Source of the DNA: Eledone cirrhosa | Lineage: Eukaryota | Assembly (NCBI GenBank): GCA_964016885.1 | Contig: OZ024744.1 | Span: 34,596,001 to 34,660,000 of the forward strand | DNA: 64,000 nucleotides | Reading direction: 5' to 3' | Shown here: positions 1-15,000 of the stretch, piece after piece | How positions within the stretch are numbered: the first letter of the stretch is position 1 | How the letters are laid out: each line of letters opens with the position of its first letter | The notes under the pieces: model-generated | Seen by the model: the letters and a program-made list of their open reading frames with translations, nothing else | The model's database searches: none | What the model was told of the DNA's origin: nothing | Translations under genes and position numbers: made by a program

Positions 1-3000
1 TTACTGTATCAGTCCTAAGCAATTGTTGTATCAGTACTAAGGAATTGCTGTATCAACCCTAAACAATTGTTGTATCAGCCCTATGCAATTGCTGTATCAA
101 CCCTATGCAATTGTTATATCAGTCACAAGCAATTGCTGTATGAACCCTAAGCAATTGCTGTAACAACTCTAAGCAATTGTTGTATCAACCCTAAGCAATT
201 GTTGTATCAGTCCTAAGCAATTGTTGTATCAACCCTAAACAATTGCTGTATCAACCCTAAGCAATTGTTGTATCACTCCTAAGCAATTGTTGTATCAGTC
301 CTAGGCAATTGTTGTATCAACACTTAGCAATTGTTATATCAGTCCCAAGCAATTGTTGTATCAACCCTAAGCAATTGTTGTATCAACCCTAAACAATTGT
401 TGCATCAGTCCTAAGCAATTGGTGTAACAACCCTAAGAAATTGTTGTATCACTCCTAAGCAATTGCTGTATCAACCCTAAGCAATTGCTGTATCAACCCT
501 AAGCAATTGTTGTATCAACCCTAAGCAATTGTTGTTTTAGTCCTAAGCAATTGATGTATCAGTCCTAAGATATTGCTGTATCAACCCAAAGCAATTGTTG
601 TATCAGTACTATGCAATTGCTGTATCAACCCTAAGCAATTGTTATATCAGTCACAAGCAATTGCTGTATGAACCCTAAGCAATTGTATCAACCCTAAGCA
701 ATTGCTGTATCAGTCCTAAGCAATTGTTGTATCAGTCCTAAGATATTGCTGTATCAACCCAAAGCAATTGTTGTATCAGTCCTATGCAATTGCTGTATCA
801 ACCCTAAGCAATTGTTGTATCAGTCCTAAGCAATTGCTGTAACAACTCTAAGCAATTGTTGTATAAACCCTAAGCAATTGTTGTATCAACCCTAAGCAAT
901 TCTTGTGTCAGTCCTAAACAATTCCTGTATCAACCCTAAGAAACTGCTGTATCAACCCTAAGCAATTACTGTATCAGTCCTAAGCAATTGTTGTATCAGT
1001 CCGAAGGAATTGCTGTATCAACCCTAAGCAATTGTTGTATCAGTCCTTAGCAATTGCTGTATTAGTCCTAAGCAAATGTTGTATCAGTCCTAAGCAATTG
1101 TTGTATCAACCCTTATCAATTGTTGTGTCAGTCCTAAGCAATTGTTATATCAACCCAAAGCAATTCTTATATCAACCCTAAGCAATTATTGTATCATTTC
1201 TAAGCAATTGTTGTATCAACCCTAAGCAATAATTATATCAGTCCCAAGCAACTGCTGTATCAACCCTAAACAATTGTTATATCAGTCGCAAGCAATTGCT
1301 GTATGAACCCTAAGCTATTGTTGTATCAACCCTCAGCAATAGCTATATCAACCCTTAGCAATTACTGTATCAACCCTAAGCAAATTGTTTATATCAGTCC
1401 TAAGCAATTACTGTATCAACCCTAAGCAATTGTTGTATCAGTCCTAAGCAATTGTTGTATCAACCCTAAGCAATTGCTGTATCAACCCTAAGCAATTGTT
1501 GTATCAGTCCAAAGCAATTGTTGTATCAGTCCTAAGCAATTGTTGTATCAACCCTAAGCAATTGTTATATCAGTCCCAAGCAATTGTTGTATCAACCCTA
1601 AGCAATTGTTATATCAACCCTAAGCAATTGTTGTATCAGTCCTAAGCAATTGCTGTTTTAGTCCTAAGCAATTGATGTATAAGTCCTAAGCAATTGTTGT
1701 ATCAACCCTTATCAATTGTTGTGTCAGTCCTAAGCAATTGTTATATCAACCCAAAGAAATTCTTATATCAACTCTAAGCAATTATTGTATCAGTCCTAAG
1801 CAATTGTCGTATCAACCCTAAGCAATAATTACATCAGTCCCAAGCAATTGCTGTATCAACACTAAGCAATTGTTGTATCAACCCTAAGCAATTATTGTAT
1901 CAGTCCTAAGCAATTGCTATATCAACCCTAAGCAATTGTTGTATCAATTCTAAGCAATTGTTGTATCAGTCCTAAGCCATTGCTGTATCATCCCTAAGCA
2001 ATTGTTGTATCAGTCCTAAGCAATTACTGTATCAACCCTAAGCAAATTGTTGTATCAGTCCTAAGCAATTACTGTATCAACCCTAAGCAATTGTCGTATC
2101 AGTCCTAAGCAATTGTTGTATCAGTCCTAAGCAATTGCTGTATCAACCCTAAGCAATTGTTGTATGACTCCTAATCAATTGCTGTATCAACCATAAGCAA
2201 TTGTTGTATCAGTACAAAGGAATTGCTATATCAACCCTAAGCAATTGTTGTATCAGTCCTATGCAATTGCTGTATCAACCCTCAGCAATTGTTATATCAG
2301 CCACAAGCAATTGCTGTATGAACCCTAAGCAATTGTATCAACCCTAAGCAATTGTTGTATCAGTCCTAAGCAATTGTTGTATCAGTCCTAAGATATTGCT
2401 GTATCAACCCAAAGCAATTGTTGTATCAGTCCTATGCAATTGCTGTATCAACCCTAAGCAATTGTTGTATCAACCCTAAGCAATTGTTGTATCAGTCCTA
2501 AGCAATTGCTGTATCAACCCTAAGCAATTGTTATATCACTCCTAAGTAGTTGCTGTATCAACCCTAAGCAATTGCTGTATCAACGCTAAGCAATTGTTGT
2601 ATCAACCCTAAGCAATTGTTGTTTTAGTCCTAAGCAATTGATGTATCAGTCCTAAGCAATTGTTGTATCAACTCTAAGCAATTGTTGTATCAGTCCTTAG
2701 CAATTGCTGTATCAGTTCTAAGCAATTGTTGTATAAGTCCTAAGCAATTGTTGTATCAACCCTTATCAATTGTTGTGTCAGTCCTAAGCAATTGTTATAT
2801 CAACCCAAAGCAGTTCTTGTATCAACCCTAAGCAATTATTGTATCAGTTCTAAGCAATTGTTGTATCAGTCATAAGCAATTGTTGTATCAACCCTAAGCA
2901 ATAATTATATCAGTCCCAAGCAATTGCTGTATCAACCCTAAGCAATTGTTGTATCAACCTTAAGCAATTATTGTATCAGTCCTAAGCAATTGCTATATCA

Positions 3001-6000
3001 AACCTAAGCAATTGTTGTATTAATCCTAAGCAATTGTTGTATCAGTCCTAAGCCATTGCTGTATCATCCCTAAGCAATTGCTGCATCAGTGCTAAGCAAT
3101 TACTGTATCAAGCCTAAGGAAATTGTTGTATCAGTCCTAAGCAATTACTGTATCAACCCTAAGCAATTATTGTGTCAGTCCTAAGCAATTGTTGTATCAG
3201 TGCTAAGCAATTGCTGTATCAACCCTAAGCAATTGTTGTTTCATTCCTAAGCTATTGCTGTATCAACCCTAAGCATTTGTTGTATCAACCCTTTGCAATT
3301 GTTGTATCAATCCTAAGCAATTGTTGTATCAATCCTAAGCAATTGTTGTATAAATCCTAAGCAATTGCTCTATCAACCCTAAGCAATTGTTGTATCAACC
3401 CGAAGCAATTGTTGTATCAGTCCTAAGCAATTGTTGTATCAACCCTAAGCAATTGCTGTATCAACCCTAAGCAATTACTGTATCAGTTCTAAGCAATTGT
3501 TGTATCAGTACTAAGCTATTGCTGTATCAACCCTAAACAATTGTTGTATCAGCCCTATGCAATTGCTGTATCAACCCTATGCTATTGTTATATCAGTCAC
3601 AAGCAATTGCTGTATGAACCCTAAGCAATTGCTGTAACAACTCTAAGCAATTGTTGTATCAACCCTAAGCAATTGTTGTATCAGTCCTAAGCAATTGTTG
3701 TATCAACCCTAAACAATTGCTGTATCAACCCTAAGCAATTGTTGTATCAGTCCTAGGCAATTGTTGTATCAAAACTTAGCAATTGTTATATCACTCCCAA
3801 GCAATTGTTGTATCAACCCTAAGCAATTGTTGTATCAACCCTAAACAATTGTTGCATCAGTCCTAAGCAATTGGTGTAACAACCCTAAGAAATTGTTTTA
3901 TCACTCCTAAGCAATTGCTGTATCAACCCTAAGCAATTGCAGTATCAACCCTAAGCAATTGTTGTATCAACCCTAAGCAATTGTTGTTTTAGTCCTAAGC
4001 AATTGATGTATCAGTCCTAAGATATTGCTGTATCAACCCAAAGCAATTGTTGTATCAGTCCTATGCAATTGCTGTATCAACCCTAAGCAATTGTTATATC
4101 AGTCACAAGCAATTGCTGTATGAACCCTAAGCAATTGTATCAACCCTAAGCAATTGTTGTATCAGTCCTAAGCAATTGTTGTATCAGTCCTAAGATATTG
4201 CTGTATCAACCCAAAGCAATTGTTGTATCAGTCCTATGCAATTGCTGTATCAACCCTAAGCAATTGTTGTATCAACCCTAAGCAATTATTGTGTCAGTCC
4301 TAAGCAATTCCTGTATCAACCCTAAGAAACTGCTGTATCAACCCTAAGCAATTACTGTATCAGTCCTAAGCAATTGTTGTATCAGTCCTAAGGAATTGCT
4401 GTATCAACCCTAAGCAATTGTTGTATCAGTCCTTAGCAATTGCTGTATTAGTCCTAAGCAAATGTTGTATCAGTCCTAAGCAATTGTTGTATCAACCATT
4501 ATCAATTGTTGTGTCAGTCCTAAGCAATTGTTATATCAACCCAAAGCAATTCTTATATCAACCCTAAGCAATTATTGTATCAGTTCTAAGCAATTGTTGT
4601 ATCAGTTCTAAGCAATTGTTGTATCAACCCTAAGCAATAATTATATCAGTCCCAAGCAATTGCTGTATCAACCCTAAGCAATTGTTATATCAGTCACAAG
4701 CAATTGCTGTATGAACCCTAAGCTATTGTTGTATCAACCCTCAGCAATTGCTATATCAACCCTAAGCAATTGTTGTATCAATTCTGAGCAATTGTTGTAT
4801 CAGTCCTAAGCAATTGTTGTATCAACCCTAAGCAATTACTGTATCAACCCTAAGCAAATTGTTTATATCAGTCCTAAGCAATTACTGTATAAACCCTAAG
4901 CAATTGTTGTATCAGTCCTAAGCAATTGTTGTATCAACCCTAAGCAATTGCTGTATCAACTCTAAGCAATTGTTGTATCAGTCCTAAGCAATTGTTGTAT
5001 CAGTCCTAAGCAATTGTTGTATCAACCCTAAGCAATTGTTATATCAGTCCCAAGCAATTGTTATATCAACCCTAAGCAATTGTTGTATCAGACCTAAGCA
5101 ATTGCTGTTTTAGTCCTAAGCAATTGATGTATAAGTCCTAAGCAATTGTTGTATCAACCCTTATCAATTGTTGTGTCAGTCCTAAGCAATTGTTATATCA
5201 ATCCAAAGAAATTCTTATATCAACCCTAAGCAATTATTGTATCAGTCCTAAGCAATTGTCGTATCAACCCTAAGCAATAATTACATCAGTCCCAAGCAAT
5301 TGCTGTATCAACACTAAGCAATTGTTGTATCAACCCTAAGCAATTATTGTATCAGTCCTAAGCAATTGCTATATCAACCCTAAGCAATTGTTGTATCAAT
5401 TCTAAGCAATTGTTGTATCAGTCCTAAGCCATTGCTGTATCATCCCTAAGCAATTGTTGTATCAGTCCTAAGCAATTACTGTATCAACCCTAAGCAAATT
5501 GTTGTATCAGTCCTAAGCAATTACTGTATCAACCCTAAGCAATTGTCGTATCAGTCCTAAGCAATTGTTGTATCAGTCCTAAGCAATTGCTGTATCAACC
5601 CTAAGCAATTGTTGTATGACTCCTAATCAATTGCTGTATCAACCATAAGCAATTGTTGTATCAGTACAAAGGAATTGCTATATCAAACCTAAGCACTTGT
5701 TGTATCAGTCCTATGCAATTGCTGTATCAACCCTCAGCAATTGTTATATCAGCCACAAGCAATTGCTGTATGAACCCTAAGCAATTGCTGTAACAACTCT
5801 AAGCAATTGTTGTATCAACCCAAAGCAATTGTTGTATCAGTCCTAAGCAATTGCTATATCAACCCTAAGCAATTGTTATATCACTCCTAAGTAGTTGCTG
5901 TATCAACCCTAAGCAATTGCTGTATCAACGCTAAGCAATTGTTGTATCAACCCTAAGCAATTGTTGTTTTAGTCCTAAGCAATTGATGTATCAGTCCTAA

Positions 6001-9000
6001 GCAATTGTTGCATCAACTCTAAGCAATTGTTGTATCAGTCCTTAGCAATTGCTGTATCAGTTCTAAGCAATTGTTGTATAAGTCCTAAGCAATTGTTGTA
6101 TCAACCCTTATCAATTGTTGTGTCAGTCCTAAGCAATTGTTATATCAACCCAAAGCAGTTCTTGTATCAACCCTAAGCAGTTATTGTATCAGTTCTAAGC
6201 AATTGTTGTATCAGTCCTAAGCAATTGTTGTATCAACCCTAAGCAATAATTATATCAGTCCCAAGCAATTGCTGTATCAACCCTAAGCAATTGTTGTATC
6301 AACCTTAAGCAATTATTGTATCAGTGCTAAGCAATTGCTATATCAAACCTAAGCAATTGTTGTATCAATCCTAAGCAATTGTTGTATCAGTCCTAAGCCA
6401 TTGCTGTATCATCCCTAAGCAATTGCTGCATCACTGCTAAGCAATTACTGTATCAAGCCTAAGAAAATTGTTGTATCAGTCCTAAGCAATTACTGTATCA
6501 ATCCTAAGCAATTATTGTATCAGTCCTAAGCAATTATTGTATCAGTGCTAAGCAATTGCTGTATCAACCCTAAGCAATTGTTGTATCAGTCCTAAGCAAT
6601 TGCTGTATCAACACTAAGCAATTGTTGTTTCATTCCTAAGCTATTGCTGTATCAACCCTAAGCATTTGTTGTATCAACCCTTTGCAATTGTTGTATCAAT
6701 CCTAAGCAATTGTTGTATCAATCCTAAGCAATTGTTGTATAAATCCTAAGCAATTGTTGTATCAACCCTAAGCAATTGCTGTATCAACCCTAAGCAATTA
6801 CTGTATCAGTCCTAAGCAATTGTTGTATCAGTACTAAGGAATTGCTGTATCAACCCTAAACAATTGTTGTATCAGCCCTATGCAATTGCTGTATCAACCC
6901 TATGCAATTGTTATATCAGTCACAAGCAATTGCTGTATGAACCCTAAGCAATTGCTGTAACAACTCTAAGCAATTGTTGTATCAACCCTAAGCAATTGTT
7001 GTATCAGTCCTAAGCAATTGTTGTATCAACCCTAAACAATTGCTGTATCAACCCTAAGCAATTGTTGTATCACTCCTAAGCAATTGTTGTATCAGTCCTA
7101 GGCAATTGTTGTATCAACACTTAGCAATTGTTATATCAGTCCCAAGCAATTGTTGTATCAACCCTAAGCAATTGTTGTATCAACCCTAAACAATTGTTGC
7201 ATCAGTCCTAAGCAATTGGTGTAACAACCCTAAGCAATTGCTGTATCAACCCTAAGCAATTGATGTATCAACCCTGAGCAATTGCTGTATCAACCCTAAG
7301 CAATTGATGTATCAACCCTGAGCAATTGTTGTTTTAGTCCTAAGCAATTGATGTATCAGTCCTAAGCAATTGCTGTATCAACTCTAAGCAATTGCTGTAT
7401 CAGTCATATGCAATTGTTGTATCCAGCCTAAGCAATTGTTGTATCAACCATAAGCAATTGCTGTATCAACCCTAAGCAATTGTTATATCAGTCCTAAGCA
7501 ATTGCTGTATCAGTCCTAAGCAATTGCTGTATCAACCCTAACCTATTGTTGTATCAAACCTTAGCAATTTTTGTATAAGTCCGAAGCAATTGTTGTATCA
7601 ACCCTTATCAATTGTTGTGTCAGACCTAAGCAATTGTTGTATCAACCCTAAGCAATTGTTCTATCAACGCTAAGCAATTATTGTATCAGTCCTAAGCAAT
7701 TGTTGTATCAGTCCTAAGCAAGTGTTGTATCAACCCTAAACAATTGTTGTATCAACCCTAAGCAATTATTGTATCAGTTCCAAGCAATTGCTCTACCAAC
7801 CGTAAGCAATTGTTGTATCAACTCTAAGCAATTGTTGTATCAATCCTTAGCAATTGCTGTATCAGTCCAAAGCAATTGTTATATCAGTCCTTAGCAATTG
7901 CTGTATCAGTCCTAAGCAATTGTTGTATGGACCATAAGCAATTGTTGTATAAGTCCTAAGCAATTGTTGTATCAACCCTAAGCAATTGTTGTTTCAGTCC
8001 TAGGCAATTATTGTATCAAGCCTAAGCAATTGTTGTATCCACCTTAAGCAAGTGTTATATCAATCCCAAGCAATTGCTGTATCTACCCTAAGCAATTTTT
8101 GTATCAACCCTAAGCAATTATTGTATCAGTCCTAAGCAATTGCTCTATCAACCCTAAGCAATTGCTGTATCAACCCGAAGCAATTATTGTATCAGTCCTA
8201 ATCAATTGTTGTATCAACCCTAAGCAATTGCTTTATCAACCCTAAGCAATTACTGTATCAGTCCTAAGCAATTGTTGTATCAGTCCTAAGATATTGCTGT
8301 ATCAACCCTAAGCAATTGTTGTATCAGTCCAATGCAATTGCTGTATCAACCCTAAGCAATTGTTATATCAGTCACAAGCAATTGCTGTATGAACCCTAGG
8401 CAATTGTTGTATCAGTCCTAAGCAATTGCTGTAACAACTCTAAGCAATTGTTGTATCAACCCTAAGCAATTGTTATATCAGTCCCAAACAGTTGTTGTAT
8501 AAACCCTAAGAAATTGTTGTATCAACCCTAAGCAATTGTTGTATCAGTCCTAAGCAATTCCTGTATCAACCCTAAGAAACTGCTGTATCAACCCTAAGCA
8601 ATTACTGTATCAGACCTAAGCAATTGTTGTATCAGTCCTAAGGAATTGCTGTATCAACCCTAAGCAATTGTTGTATCAGTCCTTAGCAATTGCTGTATTA
8701 GTCCTAAGCAAATGTTGTATCAGTCCTAAGCAATTGTTGTATCAACCCTTATCAATTGTTGTGTCAGTCCTAAGCAATTGTTATATCAACCCAAAGCAAT
8801 TCTTATATCAACCCTAAGCAATTATTGTATCAGTTCTAAGCAATTGTTGTATCAGTTCTAAGCAATTGTTGTATCAACCCTAAGCAATAATTATATCAGT
8901 CCCAAGCAATTGCTGTATCAACCCTAAGCAATTGTTATATCAGTCACAAGCAATTGCTGTATGAACCCTAAGCCATTGTTGTATCAACCCACAGCAATTG

Positions 9001-12000
9001 CTATATCAACCCTAAGCAATTGTTGGATCAATCCTAAGCAATTGTTGTATCAGTTCTAAGCCATTGCTGTATCAGTCCTAAGCAATTGTTGTATCAGACC
9101 TAAGCAATTGTCGTATCAACCCTAAGCAATTGTTATATCAGTCCCAAGCAATTGTTGTATCAACCCTAAGTAATTGTTATATCAACCCTAAGCAATTGTT
9201 GTATCAGACCTAAGCAATTGCTGTTTTAGTCCTAAGCAATTGTTGTATCAACCCTTATCAATTGTTGTGTCAGTCCTAAGCAATTGTTATATCAACCCAA
9301 AGCAATTCTTATATCAACCCTAAGCAATTATTGTATCAGTCCTAAGCAATTGTTGTATCAACCCTAAGCAATAATTACATCAGTCGCAAGCAATTGCTGT
9401 ATCAACACTAAGCAATTGTTGTATCAACCCTAAGCAATTATTGTATCAGTCCTGAGCAATTGCTATATCAACCCTAAGCAATTGTTGTATCAACTCTAAG
9501 CAATTGTTGTATCAGTCCTAAGCCATTGCTGTATCATCCCTAAGCAATTGTTGTATCAGTCCTAAGCAATTACTGTATCAACCCTAAGCAAATTGTTGTA
9601 TCCGTCCTAAGCAATTACTGTATCAACCCTAAGCAATTGTCGTATCAGTCCTGAGCAATTGTTGTATCAGTCCTAAGCAATTGCTGTATCAACCCTATGC
9701 AATTGTTGTATGACTCCTAATCAATTGCTGTATCAACCCTAAGCAATTGTTGTATCAGTACAAAGGAATTGCTATATCAACCCTCAGCAATTGTTATATC
9801 AGCCACAAGCAATTGCTGTATGAACCCAAAGCAATTGCTGTAACAACTCTAAGCAATTGTTGTATCAACCCTAAGCAATTGTTGTATCAGTCCTAAGCAA
9901 TTGCTGTATCAACCCTAAGCAATTGTTATATCACTCCTAAGTAGTTGATGTATCAACCCTAAGCAATTGCTGTATCAACGCTAAGCAATTGTTGTATCAA
10001 CCCTAAGCAATTGTTGTTTTAGTCCTAAGCAATTGATGTATCAGTCCTAAGCAATTGTTGTATCAACCCAAAGCAATTCTTGTATCAACCCTAAGCAATT
10101 ATTGTATCAGTTCTAAGCAATTGTTGTATCAGTCCTAAGCAATTGTTGTATCATCCCTAAGCAATAATTATATCAGTCCCAAGCAATTGCTGTATCAACC
10201 CTAAGCAATTGTTGTATCAACCTTAAGCAATTATTGTATCAGTCCTAAGCAATTGCTATATCAAACCTAAGCAATTGTTGTATCAATCCTAAGCAATTGT
10301 TGTATCAGTCCTAAGCCATTGCTGTATCATCCCTAAGCAATTGTTGTATCAGTGCTAAGCAATTACTGTATCAACCCTAAGGAAATTGTTGTATCAGTCC
10401 TAAGCAATTACTGTATCAACCCTAAGCAATTATTGCATCAGTCCTAAGCAATTGTTGTATCAGTGCTAAGCAATTGCTGTATCAACCCTAAGCAATTGTT
10501 GTATCAGCCCTAAGCATTTGCTGTATCAACCCTAAGCAATTGTTGTTTCAGTCCTAAGCTATTGCTGTATCAACCCTAAGCAATTGTTGTATCACTCCTA
10601 ATTAATTGCTGTATCAACCCTAAGCAATTACTGTATCAGTCCTAAGCAATTGTTGTATCAGTACTAAGGAATTGCTGTATCAACCCTAAGCAATTGTTGT
10701 ATCAGCCCTATGCAATTGCTGTATCAACCCTAAGCAATTGTTATATCAGTCACAAGCAATTGCTGCATGAACCCTAAGCAATTGCTGTAACAACTCTAAG
10801 AAATTGTTGTATCAACCCTAAGCAATTGTTGTATCACTCCTAAGCAATTGTTGTATCAACCCTAAACAATTGCTGTATCAACCCTAAGCAATTGTTTAAT
10901 CAGTCCTAAGCAATTGTTGTATCAGTCCTAAGCAATTGTTGCATCAACACTTAGCAATTGTTATATCAGTCCCAAGCAATTGTTGTATCAACCCTAAGCA
11001 ATTGTTGTATCAACCCTAAACAATTGTTGCATCAGTCCTAAGCAATTGGTGTAACAACCCTAAGAAATTGTTGTATCACTCCTAAGCAATTGCTGTATCA
11101 ACCCTAAGCAATTGCTGTATCAACCCTAAGCAATTGTTGTATCAACCCTAAGCAATTGTTGCATTAGTCCTAAGCAATTGATGTATCAGTCCTAAGCAAT
11201 TGTTGTATCAACTCTAAGCAATTGTTGTATCAGTCCTTAGCAATTACTGTATCAGTTCTAAGCAATTGTTGTATAAGTCCTAAGCAATTGTTGTATCAAC
11301 CCTTATCAATTGTTGTGTCAGTCCTAAGCAATTGTTATATCAACACAAAGCAATTCTTGTATCAGCCCTAAGCAATTATTGTATCAGTTCTAAGCAATTG
11401 TTGTATCAGTCCTAAGCAATTGTTGTATCATCCCTAAGCAATAATTATATCAGTCCCAAGCAATTGCTGTATCAACCCTAAGCAATTGTTGTATCAACCT
11501 TAAGCAATTATTGTATCAGTCCTAAGCAATTGCTATATCAAACCTAAGCAATTGTTGTATCAATCCTAAGCAATTGTTGTATCAGTCCTAAGCCATTGCT
11601 GTATCATCCCTAAGCAATTGTTGTATCAGTGCTAAGCAATTACTGTATCAACCCTAAGGAAATTGTTGTATCAGTCCTAAGCAATTACTGTATCAACCCT
11701 AAGCAATTATTGCATCAGTCCTAAGCAATTGTTGTATCAGTGCTAAGCAATTGCTGTATCAACCCTAAGCAATTGTTGTATCAGTCCTAAGCAATTGCTG
11801 TATCAACCCTAAGCAATTGTTGTTTCAGTCCTAAGCTATTGCTGTATCAACCCTAAGCTATTGTTGTATCACTCCTAATTAATTGCTGTATCAACCCTAA
11901 GCAATTACTGTATCAGTCCTAAGCAATTGTTGTATCAGTACTAAGGAATTGCTGTATCAACCCTAAGCAATTGTTGTATCAGCCCTATGCAATTGCTGTA

Positions 12001-15000
12001 TCAACCCTAAGCAATTGTTATATCAGTCACAAGCAATTGCTGCATGAACCCTAAGCAATTGCTGTAACAACTCTAAGAAATTGTTGTATCAACCCTAAGC
12101 AATTGTTGTATCACTCCTAAGCAATTGTTGTATCAACCCTAAACAATTGCTGTATCAACCCTAAGCAATTGTTTAATCAGTCCTAAGCAATTGTTGTATC
12201 AGTCCTAAGCAATTGTTGTATCAACACTTAGCAATTGTTATATCAGTCCCAAGCAATTGTTGTATCAACCCTAAGCAATTGTTGTATCAACCCTAAACAA
12301 TTGTTGCATCAGTCCTAAGCAATTGGTGTAACAACCCTAAGAAATTGTTGTATCACTCCTAAGCAATTGCTGTATCAACCCTAAGCAATTGCTGTATCAA
12401 CCCTAAGCAATTGTTGTATCAACCCTAAGCAATTGTTGCATTAGTCCTAAGCAATTGATGTATCAGTCCTAAGCAATTGTTGTATCAACTCTAAGCAATT
12501 GTTGTATCAGTCCTTAGCAATTACTGTATCAGTTCTAAGCAATTGTTGTATAAGTCCTAAGCAATTGTTGTATCAACCCTTATCAATTGTTGTGTCAGTC
12601 CTAAGCAATTGTTATATCAACACAAAGCAATTCTTGTATCAGCCCTAAGCAATTATTGTATCAGTTCTAAGCAATTGTTGTATCAGTCCTAAGCAATTGT
12701 TGTATCATCCCTAAGCAATAATTATATCAGTCCCAAGCAATTGCTGTATCAACCCTAAGCAATTGTTGTATCAACCTTAAGCAATTATTGTATCAGTCCT
12801 AAGCAATTGCTATATCAAACCTAAGCAATTGTTGTATCAATCCTAAGCAATTGTTGTATCAGTCCTAAGCCATTGCTGTATCATCCCTAAGCAATTGTTG
12901 TATCAGTGCTAAGCAATTACTGTATCAACCCTAAGGAAATTGTTGTATCAGTCCTAAGCAATTACTGTATCAACCCTAAGCAATTATTGCATCAGTCCTA
13001 AGCAATTGTTGTATCAGTGCTAAGCAATTGCTGTATCAACCCTAAGCAATTGTTGTATCAGTCCTAAGCAATTGCTGTATCAACCCTAAGCAATTGTTGT
13101 TTCAGTCCTAAGCTATTGCTGTATCAACCCTAAGCAATTGTTGTATCACTCCTAATTAATTGCTGTATCAACCCTAAGCAATTACTGTATCAGTCCTAAG
13201 CAATTGTTGTATCAGTACTAAGGAATTGCTGTATCAACCCTAAGCAATTGTTGTATCAGCCCTATGCAATTGCTGTATCAACCCTAAGCAATTGTTATAT
13301 CAGTCACAAGCAATTGCTGCATGAACCCTAAGCAATTGCTGTAACAACTCTAAGCAATTGTTGTATCAACCCTAAGCAATTGTTGTATCACTCCTAAGCA
13401 ATTGTTGTATCAACCCTAAACAATTGCTGTATCAACCCTAAGCAATTGTTTAATCAGTCCTAAGCAATTGTTGTATCAGTCCTAAGCAATTGTTGTATCA
13501 ACACTTAGCAATTGTTATATCAGTCCCAAGCAATTGTTGTATCAACCCTAAGCAATTGTTGTATCAACCCTAAACAATTGTTGCATCAGTCCTAAGCAAT
13601 TGGTGTAACAACCCTAAGAAATTGTTGTATCACTCCTAAGCAATTGCTGTATCAACCCTAAGCAATTGCTGTATCAACCCTAAGCAATTGTTGTATCAAC
13701 CCTAAGCAATTGTTGTTTTAGTCCTAAGCAATTGATGTATCAGTCCTAAGCAATTGTTGTATCAACTCTAAGCAATTGTTGTATGAGTCCTTAGCAATTG
13801 CTGTATCAGTCCTAAGCAATCGTTGTATCAACCCTTATCAATTGTTGTGTCAGTCCTAAGCAATTGTTATATCAACCCAAAGCAATTCTTGCATCAACCC
13901 TAAGCAATTATTGTATCAGTTCTAAGCAATTGTTGTATCAGTCCTAAGCAATAGTTGTATCAACCCTAAGCAATAATTATATCAGTCCCAAGCAATTGCT
14001 ATATCAACCCTAAGCAATTGTTGTATCAATCCTAAGCAATTGTTGTAACAGTCCTAAGCCATTGCTGTATCATCCCTAAGCAATTGTTGTATCAGTCCTA
14101 AGCAATTACTGTTTCAACCCTAAGCAAATTGTTGTATCAGTCCTAAGCAATTACTGTATCAACCCTAAGCAATTGTTGTATCAGTCCTAAGCAATTGTTG
14201 TATCAGTCCTAAGCAATTGCTGTATCAACCCTAAGCAATTGTTGTATCAGTCCTAAGCATTTGTTGTTTCAGTCCTAAGCTATTGCTGTATCAACCCTAA
14301 GCAATTGTTGTATCACTCCTAATCAATTGCTGTATTAACCCTAAGCAATTGTTGTATCAATCCTTTGCAATTGTTGTATCAGTCCTAAGCAATTATTGTA
14401 TCAACCCTAAGCAATTGTTGTATCAATCCTAAGCAGTTGCTCTATCAACCCTAAGCAATTGTTCTATCAACCCGAAGCAATTGTTGTATCAGTCCTAAGC
14501 AATTGTTGTATCAACCCTAAGCAATTGCTGTATCAACCCTAAGCAATTACTGTATCAGTCCTAAGCAATTGTTGTATCAGTCCTATGCAATTGCTGTATC
14601 AACCCTAAGCAATTGTTATATCAGTCACAAGCAATTGCTACATGAACCCTAAGCAATTGCTGTAACAACTCTAAGCAATTGTTGTATCAACCCTAAGCAA
14701 TTGTTGTATCAGTCCTAAGCAATTGTTGTATCAACCTTAAGCAATTCCTGTATCAACCCTAAGCAATTGTTGTATCTGTCCTAAGCAATTGTTGTATCGG
14801 TTCTAAGCAAATGTTGTATCAACCCTAAGCAATTGTTATATCAGTCACAAGCAATTGTGGTATCAACCCTAAGCAATTGTTGTATCAACTCTAAGCAATT
14901 GTTGCATCAGTCCTAAGCAATTGGTGTAACAACCCTAAGCTATTGTTGTATCACTCCTAAGCAATTGCTGTATCAACCCTAAGCAATTGCTGTATCAACC

